NCBI GenBank assembly: GCA_964035545.1 | Contig: OZ037773.1 | Coordinates: forward strand, 7,903,751 to 7,967,750 | Source: Bugula neritina | Taxonomy: Eukaryota > Animalia > Bryozoa | Reading direction: 5' to 3' | DNA length: 64,000 nt | Shown: piece by piece, positions 43,587 through 56,714 of the stretch | Layout of the letters: the number at the start of each line of letters is the position of its first letter | How positions within the stretch are numbered: the first letter of the stretch is position 1 | Program-made: the position numbers and the translations under genes | The notes under the pieces: generated by a model | What the model was told of the DNA's origin: nothing | The model's database searches: none | Seen by the model: only the letters and a program-made list of their open reading frames with translations

Positions 43587-46500
43587 CTAAAACCATTTTT
43601 TGGATTTGGAGTCTTTCTTATTTTTTGTCAGAGGCTGTTTTTCAGATTCTTTGATGTGACTGAATAGACTGTGAACAATCTTGGGTTTTTCAGCCTCTTT
43701 TCGAGACGCTGTGAGGCACTCGTGCAAAGGTATCAGTGCAGAGATAAGACCACTGGCTATGCTGACAATGGCTGCCGAGTAAACTCCAAATTTGAGGCCA
43801 ATTTTCTGACGAATCGAATCTGTGACAGAAATAAAAATATTTGTAATAAAAATACTGCAAAGTGCAGTATTATTGTTAATCTGTCACTTGCTATATGCAG
43901 TTGCACAAAGCGAGTGCTTGTATATATTGAATTCACAAGGTTTTAATACAACTTTGCCTTACCAAACAAAACAGATGAAAAAATAGCAATTAGTTATAGC
44001 ATGAAGATGAAGTGCTGTTGAAAGATAAACTGCAAATAAATAGCTATAAAAGTTTAGGCTGATTAAAATAAAAGTATAAATAATTATTGCAGTACCCTTT
44101 TAACATCAGAGTTTATGAGTACATCATGTTGTGGAATTAAAAATTTGCTCCATGCAGTATTGCATCTTTAGCACAGTTTGTATATACAAATATTATACTT
44201 CTATATAACAACAAACTAACCACAGTAGTACAGTGGTACAGTTTAATTAGCATATTATATAATGTAGGATATAATATTCAAGCAACTTATATAATAATAA
44301 ACTGTTGCATAACTATAGATTAACTTAATTGAGTAAAATACTTTGATGAGTGTTAACTGCTATGGTTTAAAATTTAAATAATATATTCTACATAAAATAC
44401 TACATATATATGTAACAATATAAAATATACAATATAATATTATATGACATTTTATTAACTTACATAATAAACTGCTAAATAGTATTATGCATTGCTATGT
44501 TATATTGAAAACACCAGCTAAAGGCTTATGACTGAAAGCCTGTAAACAGTCACAGCCTGCAGTATAACTAAAAATCAAAAGTCCAACTGCTAGATTACTG
44601 AGAATTCAGGCAAAAATTGCAAAGTATGTTTTTTTAACATAATAATATTGTCATGACAAAAACATACTTTGCAATTTTTGCCTGAATTTTCAGTTCTAGC
44701 TGTTGGAATTTTGATTTTGCATATACTATAACTTTACCTCTAGCACAAGAGATCACAACGTGTGAAGTTTCATGGTTTACAGCAGTTAGTTTAACTATAA
44801 CATGTAGCATCTGCCAGATAACTATGATTAGAAAACTCTAGGAAACATCAGAATATGTAGTGGAATAAAATTATTGTACTATATTGTAGAATCCTTCCTT
44901 TACCTCCACAAACAGTGAGTGGACAGATAATGCCCTTGTAGCTTACCACACGCCAAACTAGTGCAATTATAAAAATGAGGGTTAATACAGCTTGTCATGA
45001 TGTTGTTCTACAGTCTCCTCTACTAGAATATTTGCTGTTAGTTTAACGTAACTACTGCATTACTAAAGCCACTCAAATATGTTTAATATATGTTAGTCAT
45101 ATTGGTAGCAATAATATCACAATAATTTTAAATATCTCTAATGGAAATTTAAATGTGCCACATTCAGTAAACTAATCTTTATAATATAAAAATAGTCTGA
45201 AAAGATGGGTGCAGGTATTCAGGAAACTTTGATTAGCATGTTACATTACCAAATTGTGTATATATGTTAAATCTCAGGTAATATTTAAATACTTTCAGTT
45301 ACTACAAAGAATGGTAAATTACGTTATCAATAATTTTGTTAGCAAGAAGAATCATACCAATAGTAAGACCCCAGATGAAGACACCAGCTCCTTGTGTGAG
45401 TTGCTCCACTCCCAGAACAAATAGCATTTCCTTTTCACCTCCCAGCCTATTGGCGACGGCCAAAGAATTTCCCATCTGTACACCATCAGCAAACCCTGCC
45501 ACAGCCACCAGTATGTAATAAGGTCTCTACAATGACAAATACAATATACAGTACTTATATCAAAAACATAAATGCTACTAAATGGCAAAGTTTATTGAAA
45601 ATTGTTTCATAGCCTACTCCCAAAAATTGCTTTGTAAAATAAGATTTCAAATATTAGTGTATATATAGTTTTACTAACACCTGCCTGATCTTTATATTAT
45701 GCTCATCAAAACTAAACGTTCCAAACATTTTAAATACAGGTAGGCACCTTTTGTAGGCTAACGAGTTCTACGTTTATACCACTAAACCTTTCTTTTGGCG
45801 ATTTAGTGGGCATGGACACACACTGGTGACAACACATGGCAAGTATTTAGCTTTCAATAGACAACCAACATTTTTTAAACAAAAATATATTATACATATT
45901 TTACATGATGGAATAGAATTACCTCATTGTTCACTATAGTCGTGAGAAAGAGGACAGCACCAAATACTATAGGCATAGCAATCTGCGGCCATATTCTATC
46001 AAAGTGCAGATGGTAAGAGAAGGCAACTACAAAGATGCCCATAAGTGCCATCATACTGAGAAAGAGGCTCCCATCAATAGCCTCTGCTCTAGTCAATCCT
46101 CTCTCTTCAACCAAGAAGTCACTCATCATGTGTTGGAATGTTGCTAGAACGTATGTTTTGAGTAATCCAGAGACGGCAAAGTACAGCACCTACCAACCAA
46201 GTGGAGAACTTTATACAACAAGGCATAGCTAGGACCTGCGTGTTATGTATACCAAGTGACCATTACAGGTTTTGGCTTGTCCATCTTGTTGTGTGATGCC
46301 AGTTTAAAACATTTGAAGCTGTTAAATTATGTCACTAAGAACCTAAGTTAACTCTGCCAGGAAACTAGACTAAAACAGAAATTTACATCGATCTGCCATT
46401 CCAAAATAATCATCTTACTAGCTTGGTGAATATTCAACGGACCTATAATGTCAATAAATGGTCACTAATAAAATTTCTAAGAAAAACTTGTAAAAAGGCA

Positions 46501-48742
46501 AGTTCCAAACTACCTACATTATAAGACAAAATTGCACTAACTTATAGAAGAATATAATTCCAACAAAAGATAGACAACAGCTTTAAACCTTGCTAATTAA
46601 TTTTTTGGTTTTCAACTGACCATATCAACAGAAAACATTCAATTGAAGCCAGTAAAGGATGGGTTGCTTTCATTTAGAGCAAAGTGCGGCATACTTTATA
46701 GTCAACATAAGCTTACTCACCGGAAAATTCTTAAATGCTTTTGATAAACTCGGCATAATTGTGTCTGCTTTCATCTCCACGTCATGTACCAGGGAGGTGA
46801 TCGAACTGTTGTGGGGCAACTCCGATTTCTTGAAATATGTCAGCCCAGTTATAATATGTAGAAGCATCCATGGCGCTAGCATCAGCATACCTCCTTTGTA
46901 TTTGAATGTCTGGAACGTGTACTCTGCGAGTGGGGGGAAAGCCACTACCCCAAAGTAGAGTCCACCAAGAAAGATCGACAACCCGAAGTGCACATGTTTA
47001 TCCTCGTAATGCTCTCTCACTATGCCAACACCAGCAACCAGCACAAGCGATAGCCCTAGACCTGTAGAATTTAATGCCCTGCGGCTAGAGACATAATGAT
47101 TGCTACCGAGATAATATATAAATATTTAACTGATACAAGAGCTAAGTCTAAGAAATTTAGTTGATACAAGAGCTAAGTCTAAGAAATTTAGTTGATACAA
47201 GAGCTAAGTCTAAGAAATTTAGCTGATAGAAGAACCAGGTCTTAAAAAGTGAACTGCTGGTAAAACATTTTAGTTAATCTCTCTATAGCTGCTAAGGTCT
47301 AAACAGTCTCATGACTGGAATCATTAACAATTGCTGTAACAGAATGTAATCATTTATTATCTAGTAAAAAGCATGCTGTTAGTTTGCAAACTTTCTTATA
47401 GTCTGAACAGGCCTTGTTGTGAGAAAATTAAAAAGAAGCAATATAATTATATGATTTGCAGCGATCTATTGTTTTTAAAACTATTGTAGTAAAAAGCAAT
47501 TGGGTCACATTTAAATAATTTTCCACACCAGTTTAATAATTAAACGTGCAGCTCAGTTAAACAAACGTCTACAAACAATTAATACAAACCTCCAATAACG
47601 CCAAACAACAGGATGGACACCCAAAAGTGAGGAGCCGCAGAAGCTCCGCCTACTCCTACTGCAGCTAAGGTGGCTCCGAGTAGCTGTACATTTTTCAATG
47701 ATATGAGTCTAGAAAGAATAGCTCCCACAGGGGCTGCAAGGTTGAACACAGTTTGTCACTGATTAGTATATTAGCAGTTAGCACATGGTCATACTGTAGA
47801 AAGTTGAAAAGATGAAGGGCTGGGCAAGTAAAGCTACCATAATATACATAGCATAAAGCTTTTTGCATGTAGCAAGTGGAAAAGCAGAATGCTGCGCTTA
47901 CCATTTGTACTTTATGAAAGCAAAAAACTTTGATGTCTAAATTAATGCTTGCATAGGAAGGTGGGGTTATTTGATATGTGCAGGTACTATATAGCAAAAT
48001 ACATTATAAATTAAAGTTCACTTTGATGAGGGCTAAAACAGTTCTTCATTATCTATAAAGACTCTATTGTAAAAACCAGGTTAACGAAAGTTGTCTGCCC
48101 ACTAGTTGTAGCAGAAGTGATTAAAATCCAATTTTTATTCAAAAACTAAAAGTTTATCTATAAGCAACTAACAGCAATTTTTGCACTTTATATATACTAA
48201 ATAAAGACTAAAAATATATGTTTTTGCAAAAAAACTAAATCCTGTAAAATGAAATTTTAAAACTCGTAGGCCTACGTGTAAAAAATATGGGCTGGTAAGT
48301 TTAAAATACATGTTAGTAGCTATAAATGAATGATAATAAAGTGCAAACATGTGAGTTAAATTGATGTAGTTATAGAATGGGTTGAATAAAAGACATAAAC
48401 CATACAAGTAACAGTAGTGCTTGCAAATTATACCTCAGGTTCTCAACATATTATTGCATGTTAATATATTTGCTTAACAAAAACTAAATTTAACTTACTT
48501 AAAAGTTGCATGGTTGCGATGTTGGTTTTACCAATCCATTGTGACGTTTTCAGAGACAGATGAAACCTATCAGCTGCTGCAGCACTGATAGAGGAAGAGG
48601 CGCCATAACTAAGACCTATGCTAGCTATACTGGAGAGTACAGCTGCTATGAGGATTACGTGTCGCCATATAGAGTGGTGGAGTACGTGTGAACAACCACA
48701 CCTAGCAAAGAAAGTTTTCTCGCAACACGAAATACAAGTCAT
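43587..48742 (-). CDS. MFS transporter, monocarboxylate transporter (SLC16)-like (6 exons)
   Basis: Exons 48742-48499, 47733-47590 (PVGAILSR...FGVIGG), 47061-46721 (LGLSL...AFPPLAEY...YKGGML), 46189-45923, 45527 to about 45358, and 43820-43587. Multiple hydrophobic helices in an MCT-like arrangement. Confidence 0.8.
44571..44718. repeat. ~150-bp inverted repeat (foldback/MITE-like) in the last transporter intron
   Basis: Perfect 31-bp arms at 44603-44633 and 44658-44688, extending imperfectly to about 60 bp each. Confidence 0.85.
47131..47222. repeat. 31-bp tandem repeat x3 (TGATACAAGAGCTAAGTCTAAGAAATTTAGT)
   Basis: Near-perfect copies at 47131, 47162 and 47193. Confidence 0.95.
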
Positions 48743-49923
48743 GAGTGCTGGTGAGAGGTAGTTTGGATGAATGAGATGCGATTAACTAAAGCTATGAGGG
48801 TAGATGCTAAATCCCTTGACATATATGCTAGGCTGCTGCATTACAGTTCAACGATTGGTGCACGCAATTTTAAATTTAAATAGAGCTGTGGGTTGATGCT
48901 TCAACAAGCAATTTGAAAGCTAACCCAACAATTGTTACTTTATCAAAACAATTAAACGCATCTATTTATTTTTTTGGATAATCTGTAGTTAATCATGTAG
49001 GCAGCTATGTATGCGCTATCTAGATTTCATGACATCGGTTCTGTACTGAATGGCAAAAATCTGTTGCAGTAAAGCCAGATTGATCCAATGTCAGAGAACC
49101 AGGGATATAGCGAGAGCATAAGATAGAGAGTTGATAACTCTTCAATGTGTGAAGGGCTTCGTATGCAAAGAAAAATATAATACAGTTTGAATAATGGACA
49201 AATATAGTCATTGAGAACTTTTAGCAACTGAAAAACATACATACTTCAGTCATGGATTGAAGCCAACAGAGTACACTAGTTTAAGAGAAGTGTGTATTCT
49301 ATAGTTATTGTTGTATATTCACTTTATGACCAGATTAGCTTTTAAGTAATACTGTCTTATTTCGCATCTCAATTAAAGCGGTTTAAATTCTTTTACAAAT
49401 TTTGAGTTTACTTTGCTGGCACAAATCAACTTCTACAGGTAAGCAATAAGGAGATTCTGGGGGTTTGAATAGGTTATAACGAGGAGTTTTATTTCTGAGA
49501 AATAAAATATTAACAAAAACAATGGAAAATGTAAAAGTGTTGAGTATAATCTTTCACATACTACTAAAAATATACTATTTGACCATGGTACGAAGACAGT
49601 TGTTGACTAATGAATATACATGACTGCACGTAATTATAACCATGTTTTTATACACAAGACACCTAAAGATTCTTATATGCAGTGAAATCCCAACAGATAT
49701 TTAGTTTAGATTAAAGCATCCTATGAGCAAAACAGATTTTCATATTTGGTTATTACGTAAGAGAAAAGACATGAGTTTAAAATTAAATATCAATTAAAAT
49801 AAAATCTATGATTGCACAAGAATTTAAAACCAAAAGGAGTTATTTTGGAGAGTTGCGTTAAAACTACAAATTCATGCTTATAATGATTGCAATGACACGA
49901 AAAATATGTAGAATGATGCTGCA

Positions 49924-52743
49924 TTACAATTCGGTTTTCTCTTTTTCAGCCTTGGCTTTCTTTTTTGCCTCTTTAGCTGCTTTAGCCTCTGCCTCTTGTT
50001 TTTTCTTCTCTTTCGCCTCCTCTTTAGTCAAGGGCTTGTTCTTATCAAGCAGCTACAAAATGAAAGAAGCAGAACAATGAGAATGCAAAATATTAGCTCA
50101 CAAATTACTGACCGATAAAGTCTCCACATCTCAACTGTGACACACAGAACCCACCTTCTTTCCCTTGCCATCATAGGTTTTACTGTCGACTGTCACATCC
50201 AGGCAATTCTCCTGCTCCAGTAGGAAATCTCGGATTTGTATTGAATCAGAGCCGTCGTCAATCTGTATAAGGATTCTATCATCCTCAATGACATACCTAC
50301 AAACATGAACAAGGGCTATAAAATTTGGAATATTTGAAACCGAATAATACCATTCCCACACACCAGTGCAGCTTGAAGCAGTAGTCTTTTGCACACACCC
50401 GCATTCCTTTAGTAAAACTTAATAAAAGGTTAAACCCAATTCAATATTTCTGCACCCCTTTCATCAGGAGTTGTGCTACATGCCCATTTTGTCAGCAAAC
50501 AAAGGTATTCTCTGTGGCAAGTATTAATTCCTTTGCAATAGAATCATTTTCGAAAACAAATTATCAGTCACTTTTGTAAAATTGATTCACAAAGCAGTTA
50601 CAATTGTTAATTTAATCTATCAGATACAGTCATCAACTAGTGCTACAGCTAGTAAAGGTAAAGAGAAGCACCTCTTGAGCTGGATGTTGGCGTTGAACAG
50701 ACTGGACTCCCAGAGAGCTGAGATCTTCTCTGTCTCTGCTCTGGTAGGGTTACCGGCCACCGTGGCAAACATCATCAGAGTTCGCTCTGTATAAACACAC
50801 AGTCAGCCAATAATTATGATAAATATTCATAGCATGCTAGAAATGGCTCAGTCTATGTGAGCTGATCCTCATCACTAGATGATTTGAGTGAATGGATGGT
50901 AAAGCCATTATAAAACTAGTATCACATTTAAACTAACTTTTATTAGCCTATTTCACACAACAACATACTAGATGAGTTAAAGTTATTGCTAGCTGTATAT
51001 ATAATTATAGATTTTTTTTAATCAATTAACATTATAACAAACATATGACCACAGAGAGCCCATAATACCACACCACTTACGTCTTTTGCCTTCCCGGAGT
51101 ATGGAATCTTTATCTTGGATGTTGACCTTGCTGATGTCAATCGGAGGCGGTTCCTTTTCCCATGGCGGCAGTTCATCTACAGGAAGTTCCTCTTCATCTT
51201 CCTACATCACAGGTCATAGTAGTTCAAGTTGTTATATTATAAACATGTGTGTCATTGGCTGAAACTGTCTACAAATTCCATCACTGCACAGAAACTGATA
51301 ATAGCTTATCTAGATCAAAAAGCATTAAAAAATTACATAATATTCGAAATCTAGAACACTTAAATTTTACACTTTAGACATACTGACGAAGATATCCGAC
51401 TATGTAGATAGTGAGTTAAAATTATGCCTGCAGGATGAAGAGTTATCTATAGTTCAAGTGAAGTATTTGAATAGTTGGGTAGGACAACTTCAAATTGTTG
51501 CTTCTTTCATTAAATTGTTTCACATAATTTAAAGTATTTAAAAGCCTAAACTATTCAGGTCCACAATTATATATTTTATTAGAACTATTTTAGAATGAAA
51601 TATTTCGATCTTAGAGGTTTCGCTAAACTAAATGGCTGGTGTGAGACCCTGTGTAACACAAACCTGCACAACTACTGAGACTTTAACCCTTAAGCTTCAG
51701 CATAAATAGATATCTTATTCAAAGTGTAGAAAATGCATCCAGTCAAACACACAGAAAGAATACTAACTACTACAAATTATACAGCTTTATTTATAATTAT
51801 GAGGTTTTTTTGTTTGTAGGGAGCAATTTACTCAAGTCATTATTATTGGCTAAAGTAACTGTATTTTACTGCATGCACCGACTAACAACTATATAATAAT
51901 TGTAGGGTACAGTTAATAAACTGTTACATAATAATGAAGATAATTATAAACATTACCACAATTTCAAGAGCTTACAGCTAAAATTACACAGGAAACTTAA
52001 CACTGTCTGTCCTTTGAGGTTGTGCACAGTGCTGCCCATTACGGTATTAATATATGATTATAATATAGTGGAAAATCACAATAGAGCTAATACGTAATAG
52101 TAATATCCAGATCTAATGATTTCTGATCAATTTGTGGGCAAAACAAACTTGTACACCATCACAGTATCACTTGAAGTATGTATATTTAATACTATAACAT
52201 TAGTACTAATGTTGTCTGTTAGACTTGGTGTTATCACTACTGGTACTAATAGTGCTACTATAACTCAGCAATAGTATTACTATTAGTATTAGTACTAATA
52301 CTAATAGTAATAGTAATACTACCATAAAGTAAAAGTTAAAGTGATAACCAAGTCTAGTGCTCCTAAAACTAAGTCTAATAAAAGTTAGGACTACGAATAG
52401 GTGCTCTGAAAATTACGTGAAAAATAGTTGATTTCTTCAAATTTACCTACGTCTACTAGTACTAGTACTACTAAAGTAAAAGTAGAAGTAGATTTAATGA
52501 GACTCATTCAATGAGCCATTCTTATTCTGATAGTGATTCAATTTCAACAGATCAACTTACTTCCCACTGGTCATAAAGTTTATCTAAGTCAGATTCCGTA
52601 TAATCTAGAACACTTTTAGACTTCCATTTACCGTCATCTTTTGGTTTTTCCATTCGCTTTGCCTGGAACCTGTCATCTTTTGCAGCAAATGCAATTGAAA
52701 CAAGTAATAACGAAAACGTAATAAAAACCAACCCGGTCCTCAT
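49924..52743 (-). CDS. MESD: LRP chaperone MESD/boca (5 exons)
   Basis: Exons 52743-52561, 51201-51081, 50786-50672, 50296-50155, 50052-49924. Has a signal peptide, DYTESDLDKLYDQWEEDE, TLMMFATVAGNPTRAETEKISALWESSLFN, DGSDSIQIRDFLLEQ and a C-terminal KTEL ER-retention signal. Confidence 0.95.
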
Positions 52744-52904
52744 GATGTATTTCTGCAACAATAATAAAAAGGGAACACGAGACGCTAAGTTGAATCACTA
52801 CAACTATGCTGTTTTGTCGCTTTACTATTGGTTAGTTTTACACCGATACCTTTGAACTTCTTCAAACTCTCAAGCCGTTAAAACATAAAACAATCCTCAA
52901 AAAC

Positions 52905-55900
52905 ATGTCGAAACCTTTTAGGACTGTAATTGTTGTTTGTAACCAACCCCACGTATTTCAAGCAGTATTTTTCAAACTCGAACTGACACATTATTTATGA
53001 GTACCAAAACCATATATTATTATGTTATTTTAAACATTATATAGTATTATATAATACTAATACTAATAGTCATGATGATAATTATCAACAAATAAATATA
53101 TTGATTGGTATTTAGTATTATAATAATTGTGTTAATTTTTTTATTAATAAATTTATAATCATTCACAATGACAATGAGTATCAGCACAGTGGACCACTGT
53201 GCTGATACTCATTGTGAATGAACTTGCTAAAACATATCTTTTATATTAAAATTATAAATATAAGTACACGAACAAAAGTAAATGAATATGATCATGATGA
53301 TTATGGTATGGATTATTCATTTATTGTCATACTGATACTGATAGTGATACTCACTGACCACTCATGTTTTAGCAAGTTTTTACCACTAAAAGTAAAAGTA
53401 AAAGGTTTTGATAACTGAGATTTTCAAAATTGAAATCTGTTGTGGAAAATCTGCTTGGTATGGTTTGGCCAACCAAAAATATTGAGCCCCATATAATTAG
53501 CTTTTTTACTTGTAGAAAAAAATGACTTGGTAAGCAAATGGAATGAAGCTCAGCCAACTTACCCTTTACTCTGGCCGATTACTCTTTTCTTCACTGCATA
53601 CAGGTGGTAGACGCTGCGTAGCTAACGTGAGGAGTCAAAGTAGATTTGCTAATGATAAAATGGCATCTGCTAAATCTTCCATCTTACCTATTAGTTACTT
53701 GAGGTATTTCATTTTTGTATAGCATTTTAGTCAACGCTCTTCTTGTTTTAAAAGAGTTTAAAATGTCATCATTGTGAAAAATTGGTCCAGCATACCTGTT
53801 TTTGAGACTTGATTATTTACTGATCTAATATATTGTTAACTTGGTGTGGTATTGTGGTTTTAGCCAGGTTGAAGCACAGAATGTTGACATAGATTTGATG
53901 AATGAGTTTGGATATGAAATGTCTCAGCTGATGGAATTGGCTGGGTTGAGCTGTGCTGTAGCTGTTACACAGGTGTGTGGTGGTCACTCTGCTCTATACT
54001 GATAGTACATATTATTCTATACTGATAGTACATAGGCCTACTACTCTCTACTGATAGTATATACTTCTCTACTCTCTACTGATACTACATATAACTCTCT
54101 ACTGATAGTACATACTACTCTCTACTGATAGTACATACTACTCTCTACTGATAGTATATACTACTCTTTACTGATAGTACATACTACTCTCTACTGATAG
54201 TACATACTACTCTTTACTGATAGTACATACTACTCTACTCTATGACAACTATATATGTATGTCACATTATATTCGTACACACCTGCCTATGTCTGTATTG
54301 CAGCAATACCCCAGGGATAATCTAACCAATAAGGGCAAGGTGCTGGTGTGCTGCGGTCCAGGGAACAATGGCGGAGACGGTTTGGTGTGTGCACGACATC
54401 TAAAACTCTTTGTGAGTCTCTGTTACCATCACTGTTTGTATTTTTATCTGTCATTTCCTGCTTCCCGTTTGTCAAAATCAATTTAAAAGAATATTTACAG
54501 TTTTTTTCGAACATGACGAACTATTGTCACTGATCCTCCATTTGCCTTCTCTGTTGAGATTGAATATATAATGAATAGATGCCAATAGTTTAATTTAAAT
54601 GCAGGCAGTTGATGTTAGAACAGCATCTTGTAGTTCATACTGAAATCAGTGCAGTTGTTCAATTTTATAATTTTCATTTTACTGAATTTTAATTTTAGGA
54701 ACTAGGGTCAAACACAACAGAATAAGATTATAAAGTTTGTTTAGCACATTTTTTGAGTTCTGATTACATAATACTCCACAGGGTTACTCACCATGCATAT
54801 ACTATCCCAAGAGAACTGACAAGCCCCTGTACAATGGTCTGGTTAAACAATGCACATCATTTGGAGTTTTCTTTACAACCGACTTAACACAGTACTCTGG
54901 TATGTCTGTGTTTTAAGAGAAACCTACTGCCTGAATACCTTTATAGTATCTGTATTGCCTTACTAACTATTGAATATACTTCTCAGAATTAGTGTACGGC
55001 AAAAGTATACCATGTACAGTATATAATAGTGTACAGCAAATAGTATATTGTTGTGGAGGTAACATTCTGAGTTTCTTCCCAGATTTTAAATTGATCTTAG
55101 TTAAAATTTTGAGTTAGTTCACACATAATGATTACTAGCTGTATTTTGTGTTAATTTTCATAAAATTAAATCTTCAAGTTTACTTTTTTACCTGTGAAGG
55201 AAAGAGAAATAAAACTATCATCTTAACCGAATCTCAACTACTATATAACAATTCTTCTTCGACAGCTATATTTCAACATGCTATACTTCAGCTACATTTC
55301 AACTACCCTCAATGAGTTTTTTTTCCGAAGTTTGTATTCAAGGTGATAAGGGCTGTACTCTGTAAGAGTGATGATAATTAGAGTAGAGTAATTGAGTGTG
55401 GTGACATTACCTGCTGTGATGTTACATGTAGTGACATTACCTGCTGTGATGTTACAGATTATGATCTGATAATTGATGCCGTCTTTGGATTCAGCTTCAA
55501 ACCTCCCACCAGGGAGCTATTCATTCCAGTAATGAACATGCTGAGAGAGACCAAAGTGCCTGTCATATCTATTGATGTTCCATCAGGTAGGCTATTTCTA
55601 TGTAATACTAGCTTTGGTATTGTCTTGCCACATCATATAATTATACCTTCTCTTTAGTCTTTTCAATTCTCTTTAACAAGCAATGCAGGCTGAGCTTGCA
55701 TATTTGATATAGTATAGTAATATTTTCTTATGCTGAGAAATGACTTCTATGCATCCAGCATTTAGGTGTTACCAAGTATGATGAATCACTTATAGTGTTT
55801 ACTAAGCAATTTTGTTTTTCTCAAGAATATGAAACTGCTGGTATGTCGTTGTTAATTCAACTGGTATGAGCCCTGCCCAACATGAAACCCTTCTGGAACA

Positions 55901-56714
55901 TTCTAACTTTTAAATCCTATAAGAATATAAAATAATTGCACAGCTTATGCTTTGTATATAATACATTTATTTCAAATTCAAACAGCTAATTCTAGCAAAA
56001 CTTCTGCTCTGCTATTTTTGAAGTGCCAGTCAACCGTTGAGTCAGATATGTTTTAAAGGCTAATCTCAAACCGAATTTTCTACTGGCTATTTTTGTTCCA
56101 CCTCTACTATTATTTGATTTTTTCCATCATGTATTAAGCGTCTTGTCTGAATATTTAGACTATTTGTACTTAGTACCTTGACCTGTTCACTCGTGACTAG
56201 AACTACTTGCTATGCATTGAAAGAATTCTTTGCGTTTCATACTCATTAGGAGTGAGTTAGAATACACTCTTTGAATTTTATTTGTAGTTTTTAGTTTAAG
56301 GATGGTAGCTTCAAATTCTGCCTTTTTTGTAAAACATCACATTACTTTCTTCAGTGCTCTCTTTGTATAATGTGATCAATAAGAATGAGGGATAGTGCAG
56401 CCAATCAGATTTGGGCTGAGATTATTTAAATTACAGACCTATAGCTTGCTATAAACTACCAGCATATCTTCTGGTTAATTGTACCTAGTCCATATTCTAC
56501 AGGAGTGGATGTAGATAATGGAGATGCCGAGGGGTTACAACCAGACATGCTGATTTCGCTAACAGCTCCTAAATTCTGCTCGAAGTTGCTGACTAAGACC
56601 CACCACTATCTTGGCGGCAGATTCCTTCCCCAACCCTTGATAGACAAGTATAAGTTAACTCTACCAGAATACCCTGGTACATCACTCTGTGTGAAGTTAT
56701 CTTCTTCTGAATAA
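52905..56714 (+). CDS. NAXE: NAD(P)H-hydrate epimerase (YjeF-N), with putative mitochondrial presequence
   Basis: Exons 52905-52938 (tentative), 53604-53703, 53864-53972, 54304-54411, 54782-54899, 55458-55586, 56503-56714. Motifs [60 protein letters not shown] and HYLGGRF. An alternative ATG lies at 53660. Confidence 0.95.
53160..53220. repeat. Near-perfect palindrome (22-bp arms, 1-nt spacer)
   Basis: ACAATGAGTATCAGCACAGTGG-A-CCACTGTGCTGATACTCATTGT (53171-53215), extendable via CATTCACAATG/CATTGTGAATG. Confidence 0.93.
53990..54240. repeat. ~23-bp minisatellite (TACTCTCTACTGATAGTACATAC), about 10 copies, in a NAXE intron
   Basis: Seen directly in the sequence. Confidence 0.92.
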
